A DNA stretch of 64,000 bases from Candidatus Lustribacter sp. (GTDB taxonomy: Bacteria; Vulcanimicrobiota; Vulcanimicrobiia; Vulcanimicrobiales; Vulcanimicrobiaceae), in assembly GCA_965277805.1 (NCBI GenBank), contig OZ255842.1:864001-928000 (forward strand), written 5' to 3'. The notes beneath the pieces were generated by a model, which saw only the letters and a program-made list of their open reading frames with translations, ran no database searches and was not told the DNA's origin. Below, piece by piece: positions 37,269 through 45,327 of the stretch. The first letter of the stretch is position 1. Each line of letters opens with the position of its first letter. The translations under genes were made by a program, and so were the position numbers.

Positions 37269-38351
37269 GTGAGCGTCAGCTTCGGCCCGCGCGCCTTGGG
37301 GCGCGTCTTCGACGACAGTCCCGGCGAGACGCGCTCAAAAATTGCGGCGATCTACGCCATGCTCGTGCTCGCCAACGTCGGTGCGTGGGTGCTCGCCTTC
37401 GCCGCGTTTGCCGGCCGGCCGCTGCTCCTGGGTACGGCGCTCCTGGCCTACACCTTCGGCCTGCGGCACGCGGTCGACGCCGACCATATCTCGGCAATCG
37501 ACAACGTCACCCGCAAGCTGATGCAGACGGGGAAGAAGCCGGTGTCGGTCGGGTTCTTTTTCTCGCTCGGTCACTCGACGATCGTCATCGCGCTTTCGGC
37601 CGCGATCGCGTTTGCCGCGGCGGTCGTGCACGCATCGCTGCCGGGGCTCGAGAGCATCGGCGGCGTGATCGGCACCTCGATTTCCGCGCTCTTCCTCTAT
37701 GCGATCGCCGCGATCAACATCGTCGTGCTCGTGCAAGTCTACCGCACGTTCCGCCGCGTGCGGCACGGCGAGTCGTACGCCGATGTCGCCGGCGATGCGA
37801 CCATCAACGGCGGCGGACTCTGGTGCCGGTTGTTTGCGCCGTTCATGAAGATGATCGGCTCGAGCTGGCACATGTATCCGCTCGGCGCGCTGTTCGGCCT
37901 GGGCTTCGACACGGCCACGGAAGTCGGAATTCTGGGCATCGCCGCGCTGGAAGCCGGCAAGGGTTTGCCGGTCTACACGATCATGGTCTTTCCGCTGTTG
38001 TTTACGGTCGGAATGTGCTTGCTCGATACGACCGACGGCGTGCTGATGCTCGGCGCGTATGGCTGGGCGTTCGTCAAACCGGTGCGCAAGCTGTACTACA
38101 ACCTGACCATCACGCTCGTCTCCGTGCTCGTCGCGGTGCTGGTCGGCACGATCGAAGCGCTCAGCATCATCGGCCCGCAGCTCGGCTACAAAGGCACGCT
38201 CTGGGACGTGGTCGCGACGATGAGCGACAACTTCGGCCTGATCGGTGTCGCGATCATCGGAATTTTCGTGCTGAGCTGGATCGTCTCGACCGCCGTCTAC
38301 CGCCTGCGCCGCTACGACGAGTTGGAGCCCGCCGCCGGCGTCACTGGCTGA
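37269..38351 (+). CDS. HoxN/HupN/NixA (NiCoT) high-affinity Ni/Co permease
   Basis: RHAVDADHI, FSLGHS, LFGLGFDTATE, LDTTDG, YYN. Confidence 0.96.
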   Translation: MSVSFGPRALGRVFDDSPGETRSKIAAIYAMLVLANVGAWVLAFAAFAGRPLLLGTALLAYTFGLRHAVDADHISAIDNVTRKLMQTGKKPVSVGFFFSLGHSTIVIALSAAIAFAAAVVHASLPGLESIGGVIGTSISALFLYAIAAINIVVLVQVYRTFRRVRHGESYADVAGDATINGGGLWCRLFAPFMKMIGSSWHMYPLGALFGLGFDTATEVGILGIAALEAGKGLPVYTIMVFPLLFTVGMCLLDTTDGVLMLGAYGWAFVKPVRKLYYNLTITLVSVLVAVLVGTIEALSIIGPQLGYKGTLWDVVATMSDNFGLIGVAIIGIFVLSWIVSTAVYRLRRYDELEPAAGVTG

Positions 38352-38421
38352 AACAGCCGGCACCCGAGGTTCTTTCCGCGACCCTGGCCAAAACGTGCTC
38401 GACACTTGTGAGGAGAGCACC

Positions 38422-39549
38422 ATGGCAGAGGAAAATCGCGCGCGTCTGAGACTCAACCCGTACAACGACTGGGTTGCTCGCGAAGGCCTCATCGTCCATG
38501 AAGGCCTCTCGTGCGATCTCCTCACCGCCGAGACGAAGTTTTGGCCGCGACTGGGCGTTCCCGGCGCCGCCGTGCACTTACGCGGACGCGGCGATTTCAG
38601 CAACCTCTTCCTGATCGACATTCCGCCCGGTGAGTCGACCGAGCCGCAGCGGCATCTCTACGAAGAAGTCGTGTACGTCGTCGAAGGCCGCGGCAGCACG
38701 CAGCTCGAGTTTCAAGACGGACGCACGCACAGCTTCGAGTGGCAGCCGCGCAGCATGTTCGCGATCCCGTTGAACGCGAAGTATCGCCTGCACAACGGCG
38801 ACGGCAAGAACCGCGCGATCCTCGGCACGGTCACGTCGATGCCGCTGATGATGAAGATCTTCCACAACGACAGCTTTATCTTCGAGAACACGCACTTCTT
38901 CGAAGATCGCATCGGCAAGGATAACCACTACACGGGCGAGGGCGATCTGACGATGATCCGCCCCGGCAGCAACATCTGGGAGACGAACTTCGTCCCGGAC
39001 CTCGGCTCGATCGAACTGCACGCATGGAACGAGCGCGGCGCGGGATCGTCCAACCTCATGTTCATCCTCGCCGATAGCAACATGCACGCGCACGTTTCGC
39101 AAATTCAAGCCGGAACGTACAAGAAGGCGCACCGTCACGGCGCCGGCCGCCACGTTTTCACCGTGACCGGTAAGGGCTACTCGCTCTTATGGTATGAAGG
39201 ACAGAAAGAGTGGGAGCGCGTCGACTGGCGCCCGGGCGTCGTGTTTCCGCCGGTGGAGAACCAGTTTCATCAGCACTTCGTCACGAGCAAAGAGCCCTCG
39301 CGCTACATGGCCACGGGCACGAGCAACCAGCGCTACCCGCTAACGGATGCGGCGCGGACGAACTCCGGCACCGACACCGAGCAAGGCGCCGTCGCGCGCA
39401 GCGTGAAGGACGGCGGCGGCCAGATCGAATACGAAGATCAGGATCCGCGCATCCACGCGCTCTGGCTCGAAGAAATGGAAAAGAACGGCGTAACGCCGCA
39501 GTTCGACAAGTACGAAACGGCGCCGAAGGTCTTGACTGCTGCGGGCTAA
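38422..39549 (+). CDS. Bicupin domain protein
   Basis: RHLYEEVVYVVEGRG, KKAHRH, FHQHF; AGGAG RBS. Confidence 0.85.
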   Translation: MAEENRARLRLNPYNDWVAREGLIVHEGLSCDLLTAETKFWPRLGVPGAAVHLRGRGDFSNLFLIDIPPGESTEPQRHLYEEVVYVVEGRGSTQLEFQDGRTHSFEWQPRSMFAIPLNAKYRLHNGDGKNRAILGTVTSMPLMMKIFHNDSFIFENTHFFEDRIGKDNHYTGEGDLTMIRPGSNIWETNFVPDLGSIELHAWNERGAGSSNLMFILADSNMHAHVSQIQAGTYKKAHRHGAGRHVFTVTGKGYSLLWYEGQKEWERVDWRPGVVFPPVENQFHQHFVTSKEPSRYMATGTSNQRYPLTDAARTNSGTDTEQGAVARSVKDGGGQIEYEDQDPRIHALWLEEMEKNGVTPQFDKYETAPKVLTAAG

Positions 39550-39559
39550 CTCGTAACGG

Positions 39560-40294
39560 CTAACTCGGCTGTAAGTAAGGGCACGCCTTGGAAACCTTGG
39601 CGCCCTCGAGTGCCGCGAGGATGTCCTTGGCGATCTCTGCGTGGCCTGCATCGTTTGGATGCAGGTCGTAGGGGTTCGGATAGTCGGCGGTCGTGTAGAG
39701 TTGCGCATCGCACTGCAGATCGACAACGACCGCACCGGGCACGGCGATTAGGTCCCGGCGCATTGCGTCGTCGGTCGCGGTAATGCCGGCGCGTACCGCC
39801 GCGCTCGCTCCGGACTCATATCGGTAGGCCGGGTTCGGCACCGTCAGGACGACGATACGCGCCCGCGGAGCGCGTGCCTTGATGCCGGCGATAATGGCGC
39901 GGAGATTTCTCGCATACGCTGCGGATGCGGCGGAAAAGAGCGCGTCGGGATTTTCGCCCGCTCTGATCTGCTCGCCGCAGAGCCAGAGATCGTTCGTTCC
40001 GATGAAGAGGCTCACGAGATTTGCGTTCGCCGGGATCCGTGGGACCTCGTCGGCGAGAACACCGCCGTTCACGACCGTCGTGGTTCCGATCATCGTGTTG
40101 ACCGGTCCGCTGAACTCACTTCCAATGCCGAGGTTCGTTACCGACGCATTCAGAGCGGAGCCGACCAGCGAGACGTATTCGTTTGCCGGTGTCGACGCTT
40201 CACCACCGAGGGTGATCGAATCGCCCAGAGCGGCGTACACGATCGGAGCCGGCGCGGGCGCCGGCCTCGAGATCGCGACTGCAACAGGGAGCAT
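39560..40294 (-). CDS. SGNH/GDSL hydrolase
   Basis: GDSIT, GTND, DLHPN. Confidence 0.9.
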   Translation of the reverse strand: MLPVAVAISRPAPAPAPIVYAALGDSITLGGEASTPANEYVSLVGSALNASVTNLGIGSEFSGPVNTMIGTTTVVNGGVLADEVPRIPANANLVSLFIGTNDLWLCGEQIRAGENPDALFSAASAAYARNLRAIIAGIKARAPRARIVVLTVPNPAYRYESGASAAVRAGITATDDAMRRDLIAVPGAVVVDLQCDAQLYTTADYPNPYDLHPNDAGHAEIAKDILAALEGAKVSKACPYLQPS

Positions 40295-40303
40295 GGGACG
40301 TCT

Positions 40304-40627
40304 TTACGCCGGTACGGTAATCGTGACTCCGTCGGCTTCGAGCCAACGTTCGAGATGCTCGACGTACTCGGGGCCGAACGTGTCGTTCAGACACGCGCGG
40401 TACTCGGCGTAGGCCGCCGGCGTCGTGACGCGCGCTTCGAGCGCATAGCGATGGATCGACATGTAGGCATCCCGTAGCCGCAGTCCGCCATGCACCAACT
40501 CGACCAGCAGGTCGCTAGCGGAGCGGTGCGGATGCGCACGCATCCGGGCCTCGAGCCATTCATCGAGCGCCACCGGAAGGCGCATCGAGCGCGTCGGTCC
40601 GGTCGTGGTTCCGCGGGGACGCGGCAT
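40304..40627 (-). CDS. Hypothetical protein with ribbon-helix-helix-like N-terminus
   Basis: MPRP...TRSMRLPVALDEWLE...SASDLLVELV; TGATG coupling to the upstream gene. Confidence 0.6.
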   Translation of the reverse strand: MPRPRGTTTGPTRSMRLPVALDEWLEARMRAHPHRSASDLLVELVHGGLRLRDAYMSIHRYALEARVTTPAAYAEYRACLNDTFGPEYVEHLERWLEADGVTITVPA

Positions 40628-40851
40628 CAGCGGCCTTTGTCTTCGGGCGGCGGGGTCGCGTGTGTGTGCGGTTTTGGAGCCTGCCCTGAGGTCGTCGAAG
40701 GGTCGTGGACGTGGGGCTCGCCATCGGTATGGTCGTGGCGATGGTCGTGGTCGACGTGGCCATGCGTGTGGCGGTGCTCGATGCCGTCGGCGTGGGTGTG
40801 AACATGCGAATGAGCGTCGCCCTTGTCGTCGGGTTTGGGCTTGTCGGTCAT
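40627..40851 (-). CDS. Small His-rich protein (74 aa)
   Basis: MTDKPKPDDKGDAHSHVHTHADGIEHRHTHGHVDHDHRHDH...; C-terminal part of ORF 40627..42021. Confidence 0.7.
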   Translation of the reverse strand: MTDKPKPDDKGDAHSHVHTHADGIEHRHTHGHVDHDHRHDHTDGEPHVHDPSTTSGQAPKPHTHATPPPEDKGR

Positions 40852-40917
40852 GATGCTAAATTCGGGCCGAAGGTGGGAAAAGCCCGGTAAACAGCCCCTA
40901 CCGAAGAGGAGCTTTCG

Positions 40918-41268
40918 ATGGCGGTTACCCGCAAGAAAACCACCCGGAAGAAAACGACCCGCAAGAAAACCACTCGGAAGAAAACGACCGCAAAGAAGAC
41001 AACGCGCAAGAAGACCAGCGGGCGCAAAAAGACGACCGGACGCAAAAAGACCACGGCACGAAAGAAGACCACCGGCCGCAAAAAGAGTAAACGCAAGTAC
41101 AGTAAGGCGGCGGGCGAAAACGTGCGCAAGGAAATGGACGAGATGAAGGCCGGTAAGCTGCGTTCGGGCCGCTCGGGCAAGAAAGTCACGAACCGCAAAC
41201 AGGCGATCGCGATCGGCCTTTCGGAAGCACGCCGCGCCGGTAAGAAAGTCCCGAAGAAGAAGAGCTAG
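40918..41268 (+). CDS. Histone-like basic protein with DUF6496 C-terminus
   Basis: RKKTT repeats; SGRSGKKVTNRKQAIAIGLSEAR; GAGGAG RBS. Confidence 0.88.
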   Translation: MAVTRKKTTRKKTTRKKTTRKKTTAKKTTRKKTSGRKKTTGRKKTTARKKTTGRKKSKRKYSKAAGENVRKEMDEMKAGKLRSGRSGKKVTNRKQAIAIGLSEARRAGKKVPKKKS

Positions 41269-42038
41269 AGATCGTAGTCGATCGTCACGGGGGCGTGATC
41301 GGAGAACCGTTCGTCTTTGTAGATCGACGCCGCACGCACGCTGGACGCGAGGTTTGGGGTGACGAGTTGGTAGTCGATGCGCCAGCCCAAATTGCGCGTC
41401 CAGGCGGCCGGAAAGTTCGACCACCACGAGAACTGCCGGGGCTCGGGATTGACGACCCGAAACGCGTCGACCCAGCCCACGCGGTCGGTGACGTCGTCGA
41501 ACCACGCGCGTTCTTGCGGCAAGAACCCGGTGATCCGCGAACACGACTTCGGATCGAACACGTCGATGTCGCGATGCGCGATGTTGTAGTCGCCGCAGAT
41601 TACGATGCGCCGTCCCTCGTTCTTCATTTGCACGAGCTGTGCGATGAAGTGCTCGAGGAACGTCTCCTTGACCGCTTGACGCGCCGGGCCGCTCGTGCCC
41701 GACGGCACGTAGAGCGACGCCACCGAGAAGTCGTCGCCGAAGTCCATCCGCACGAAGCGGCCCTCGACGTCGTACTCCGGCAGGTTCAACCCGCGTACGA
41801 CGCGATCGGGTTTGCGCCGGCTGTAGATCGCAACGCCGCTGTAGCCTTTCTTCTCGGCGTCGACGAAGGCCGTGCTGAAGTCCGGGGTGTCGAGCGCTTC
41901 GGGCGGCAGCTGGTGTTCTTGCGCCTTCGTTTCTTGCAGGCACACGACGTCGGGCTGCTGATCGTGCATCCAGCGGAAGAAGCCCTTGCGGGCTGCGGAA
42001 CGAACACCGTTGAGGTTGCACGTGATGATGCGAAACAC
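41265..42038 (-). CDS. xth: Exodeoxyribonuclease III / AP endonuclease
   Basis: NLNGVR, CLQETK, GYSGVA, GDYNIAH, GWRIDY, SDHAP. Confidence 0.96.
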   Translation of the reverse strand: MFRIITCNLNGVRSAARKGFFRWMHDQQPDVVCLQETKAQEHQLPPEALDTPDFSTAFVDAEKKGYSGVAIYSRRKPDRVVRGLNLPEYDVEGRFVRMDFGDDFSVASLYVPSGTSGPARQAVKETFLEHFIAQLVQMKNEGRRIVICGDYNIAHRDIDVFDPKSCSRITGFLPQERAWFDDVTDRVGWVDAFRVVNPEPRQFSWWSNFPAAWTRNLGWRIDYQLVTPNLASSVRAASIYKDERFSDHAPVTIDYDL

Positions 42039-42056
42039 GCGAGGTGACTTAGCTCA

Positions 42057-42998
42057 ATGAAGACCGTGGTCATCCCGACCGACCGGTCCGATGCGGTGTT
42101 GACGCCCGTCGCCGGGCGCAGCGTGCAGCTGACCAATCTCGACAAGGTCTTTTTCCCCGAAGCCGGCTTCACGAAGCGCGACCTCTTGCAGTATTATGCC
42201 GACGTCGCGCCGCTGCTCGTGCCGTACTTGATCGATCGCGCGATGGTGCTCAAACGCTATCCCAACGGTGAGTCGGGCGATTTCTTCTACATGAAGCGCA
42301 CGCCGCCGGGACGGCCGCCGTGGCTCCGCACCTGCCCGATCGAACACGGCTCGGGCAGCGTGATCGACTTCCCGATGGTCGACGACGTCGCGGGACTTCT
42401 GTGGGTGATCAACCTCGGCTGCATCGACCTCAACGAGTGGTATTCGCGCTGCGACGACACCGACCGGCCCGACTACCTGCACTTCGACCTCGATCCGGTC
42501 GAGGGCACCGCGTTCGCAACCGTGCGCGACGTGGCGTTGCGCGTGCGCGACGGGCTCGAAGGCTTGGGCATGAAGTCCGTAGCAAAGACGACCGGCTCAT
42601 CCGGCATACACGTTTACGTCGCGATTGAACGCGGCCCGCTGCAAAAAGAAGTGTGGACGTTTGCCAAAGCGTTCGCGCAAACGCTCGAGCGCATGCACCC
42701 CGACATCATCACCGCCGAATATAAGACCGCCAAACGCCCGCCCGGGCGGACGCTCATCGACTACAATCAGAATCGCTGGGGCGCCACGCTCGCATCGGTG
42801 TACTCAGTACGCGCCAAACCGCTAGCGACCGTATCGACGCCGGTGACGTGGGATGAAGTGGAGGCCGGCATTGAGCTATCCGATTTTCGGCTCGACAACG
42901 TGCGCGAGCGCTTCGCGAGCGTGGGCGATCTCTGGGCGCCGATGAAGGCCAAGCGCGGACGATTCGACCTTCGACCGCTGCTCAACGCGGGGAAGTAA
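42057..42998 (+). CDS. Stand-alone LigD-type primase-polymerase (Prim-PolC/PolD-like)
   Basis: LTNLDKV, KRYPNG, FDLDP, KTTGSSGIH, DYNQN, YSVRA. Confidence 0.93.
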   Translation: MKTVVIPTDRSDAVLTPVAGRSVQLTNLDKVFFPEAGFTKRDLLQYYADVAPLLVPYLIDRAMVLKRYPNGESGDFFYMKRTPPGRPPWLRTCPIEHGSGSVIDFPMVDDVAGLLWVINLGCIDLNEWYSRCDDTDRPDYLHFDLDPVEGTAFATVRDVALRVRDGLEGLGMKSVAKTTGSSGIHVYVAIERGPLQKEVWTFAKAFAQTLERMHPDIITAEYKTAKRPPGRTLIDYNQNRWGATLASVYSVRAKPLATVSTPVTWDEVEAGIELSDFRLDNVRERFASVGDLWAPMKAKRGRFDLRPLLNAGK

Positions 42999-43090
42999 GC
43001 AAGGTTACGGCCTCGGGCGGCCCGTGTGCGTACGATGGGTCAGCGGCCGGCTCGCCGGCTCAGCATCATGCGCACCAAGGAGCTCTTTTG

Positions 43091-43435
43091 ATGAACAAAG
43101 TCATTCTCGCGGCGGCACTCATCGTGGCCGCCGGTATTCCCAGCATCGCTTTCGCTCAGGCCATGTCCGGTATGCCCGCCGTTCCCGCCGGTTCCATCGT
43201 CTGTCGTCCAGCCAAGACCGGCGAAACGCCGAACGACATGATGGGCACATCGGGATTCATCTGCCACAAGGTGGACGTGGCGAAAGTCATGGCGGCTGAA
43301 AAGACCCTCATGAGCATGATGAAGCCGAACATGTCCGCCATGGAAATGCAGCACATGCACGCAGCGTCCGCGGTGATGAACCAGGAACTGATGCTGCCGG
43401 CCATTCCCGGCACCAACGGCAACCCGAACAACTAG
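43091..43435 (+). CDS. Secreted Met-rich small protein, paralogue A
   Basis: AAGGAG RBS, signal peptide, two Cys, MSMMKPNMSAMEMQHMH. Confidence 0.8.
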   Translation: MNKVILAAALIVAAGIPSIAFAQAMSGMPAVPAGSIVCRPAKTGETPNDMMGTSGFICHKVDVAKVMAAEKTLMSMMKPNMSAMEMQHMHAASAVMNQELMLPAIPGTNGNPNN

Positions 43436-43480
43436 CGCCAATGCAGGGCTGGGTTCGGTGCGCAAACAAGCGCCGAACCC

Positions 43481-44800
43481 ATGAACCGCCCAGGATTTCT
43501 CGCGAGTGCCGCAGCCGTGGGCGCGGCCACAGCCACGCAGCCCGCCGCAGCTCAGACCGCTTCCAGCGCTGCACCGACGGCAAGTCCCGCCGTACCGAAG
43601 CGGTTCAGCAATTTCTTCGCGGATAGCGCGATGAATTTCGTCCTCCTGAATACGCTGGGACAGTGCGCCTACGGAATCGGCGACGTCGGCACGACGCTCG
43701 CGATCTTCGATCAGATCGAAGACGGCAATCCGGCGAGCGCCTTCAATGCCATGACCGCCATGGGATACCAGATCGCGAAGCAGGCCGACGCAGCCCGCGC
43801 GGCCGGCCACCGCGTTTCCGCGCGCGATCTCTATCTGCAGGCGTCGAATTACATCTATCAATCAACGTACTTCTGCGACGGCATGGGCGCCCCGGAGAAG
43901 ATCGTCCCGACGTTCAAAGCGAGCCGTGCGGCTTTCGACAGCGCCATGCCGCTCCTGGGCTATCCGGTTGCACATCTGCGTATCCCGTACGAACAGACGA
44001 CGATGCCGGGCTATTTCATCAAGCCCGATGCGAGTAATAAACCGCGTCCACTTTTCGTGATGGTGAATGGAAGCGACGGCAGCGTCCTCGATATGTGGGC
44101 GCAAGGCGGCAAGGCGGCGATCGAGCGCGGATACAACGTCCTCATCTACGATGGACCGGGTCAGGGTGCGATGCTCTGGCTGCAGCATGTCCCGTTCCGC
44201 TACGACTTCGAGAAGGCGCTGAGCCCGGTGGTTGATTTGGCGCTCACGCGGCCCGACGTGGACCCGAAGCGGATCGCCGTGCAAGGGATCAGCCAAGGCG
44301 GGTACTGGGTTCCGCGTGCGATCGCGTTCGAGAAGCGATTTGCGGCGGCCATCGCCGATCCCGGCGTGTACGACGTCGGAGCGGCTTGGTGGGGTGGTCT
44401 CGCACCGCAGCTGGCTGCGATGCTGAACGGCGGAATGAAGGCGCAGTTCGACAGTGTTATGGCCTCGCGTCTGCCGCCGAAACAAGCTGCTGACTTGACA
44501 TTCCGGGCGCGTCCCTTCGGCTTCACTTCGTTGTACGACACGTTTATCGCGGTGAAGAAGTACACGATGGCCGGCGTGGTCGATAAGATCACGACCCCGC
44601 TATTAGTGACGAATCCGGACAACGAGCAATTCTTCCCCGGTCAGCCGACGCAGCTCTATAACGCGTTGCCGACGGCGAAAAAAGCGACTGTGGCCTTCAC
44701 GGTCGCGGAGGGCGCCGATCGCCACTGCGAGCCCGGCGCACCGATGCTCCGCTCGCAGAAGACACTGGACTGGCTCGACTCCCAACTCAAGCTCCACTGA
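43481..44800 (+). CDS. Exported alpha/beta hydrolase (FrsA/DUF1100-like)
   Basis: GSDG, DGPGQG, GISQGG nucleophile elbow, HC; Tat-like leader. Confidence 0.88.
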   Translation: MNRPGFLASAAAVGAATATQPAAAQTASSAAPTASPAVPKRFSNFFADSAMNFVLLNTLGQCAYGIGDVGTTLAIFDQIEDGNPASAFNAMTAMGYQIAKQADAARAAGHRVSARDLYLQASNYIYQSTYFCDGMGAPEKIVPTFKASRAAFDSAMPLLGYPVAHLRIPYEQTTMPGYFIKPDASNKPRPLFVMVNGSDGSVLDMWAQGGKAAIERGYNVLIYDGPGQGAMLWLQHVPFRYDFEKALSPVVDLALTRPDVDPKRIAVQGISQGGYWVPRAIAFEKRFAAAIADPGVYDVGAAWWGGLAPQLAAMLNGGMKAQFDSVMASRLPPKQAADLTFRARPFGFTSLYDTFIAVKKYTMAGVVDKITTPLLVTNPDNEQFFPGQPTQLYNALPTAKKATVAFTVAEGADRHCEPGAPMLRSQKTLDWLDSQLKLH

Positions 44801-44956
44801 GGGCGAGCTCGCTTGTGAAGGTGGGCAAGACTGGACTCGCCGAAGCGCCCATGCGTCCCCTCCGTACCTCTACGTACCTTGCGTGGGCAGCCGATTGACA
44901 AGGCGAGAGCCTCTGTTCGCCGGCCAATCTGCACGCGAACCAAGGAGCTTCAACTG

Positions 44957-45292
44957 ATGAATAAACTCATTCTTGCGGGTGTGATGGTTGCATCCATCGG
45001 TCTTCCCAGCGTCGCGGCCGCGCAGACACTGCCTGCCGTCCCTGCCGGCGCCGTCGTTTGCCGTCCTGTGAAAACGGGCGAAACGCCGAACGCCACAATG
45101 GGCACAGCCAGCCTGCTCTGCAAAAAGGTCAATGTCGCCAAGGTCATGGCCGCTGAAAAGAAACTCATGAGCATGATGAAGCCGAACATGACGGCAGATG
45201 AAATGAAGCAGATGCACATGGCGTCCGCCTCGATGAACGACGAACTCATGCTTCCGGCCATTCCCGGCACCAACGGCAACCCGAACAACTAA
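44957..45292 (+). CDS. Secreted Met-rich small protein, paralogue B
   Basis: Same architecture as 43091; identical C-terminus ELMLPAIPGTNGNPNN. Confidence 0.8.
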   Translation: MNKLILAGVMVASIGLPSVAAAQTLPAVPAGAVVCRPVKTGETPNATMGTASLLCKKVNVAKVMAAEKKLMSMMKPNMTADEMKQMHMASASMNDELMLPAIPGTNGNPNN

Positions 45293-45327
45293 CGCGCTGC
45301 CCGTCACAGGGTGGGTATGATGATCTC

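Noticed and set aside
40924-41090. CRISPR-like periodic repeats
   Set aside because: Degenerate coding repeats without unique spacers; no cas genes
40852-42021. N-terminal part of the 464 aa ORF 40627..42021
   Set aside because: Out-of-frame overlap with xth and antisense to the histone-like gene; only the last 74 codons look real
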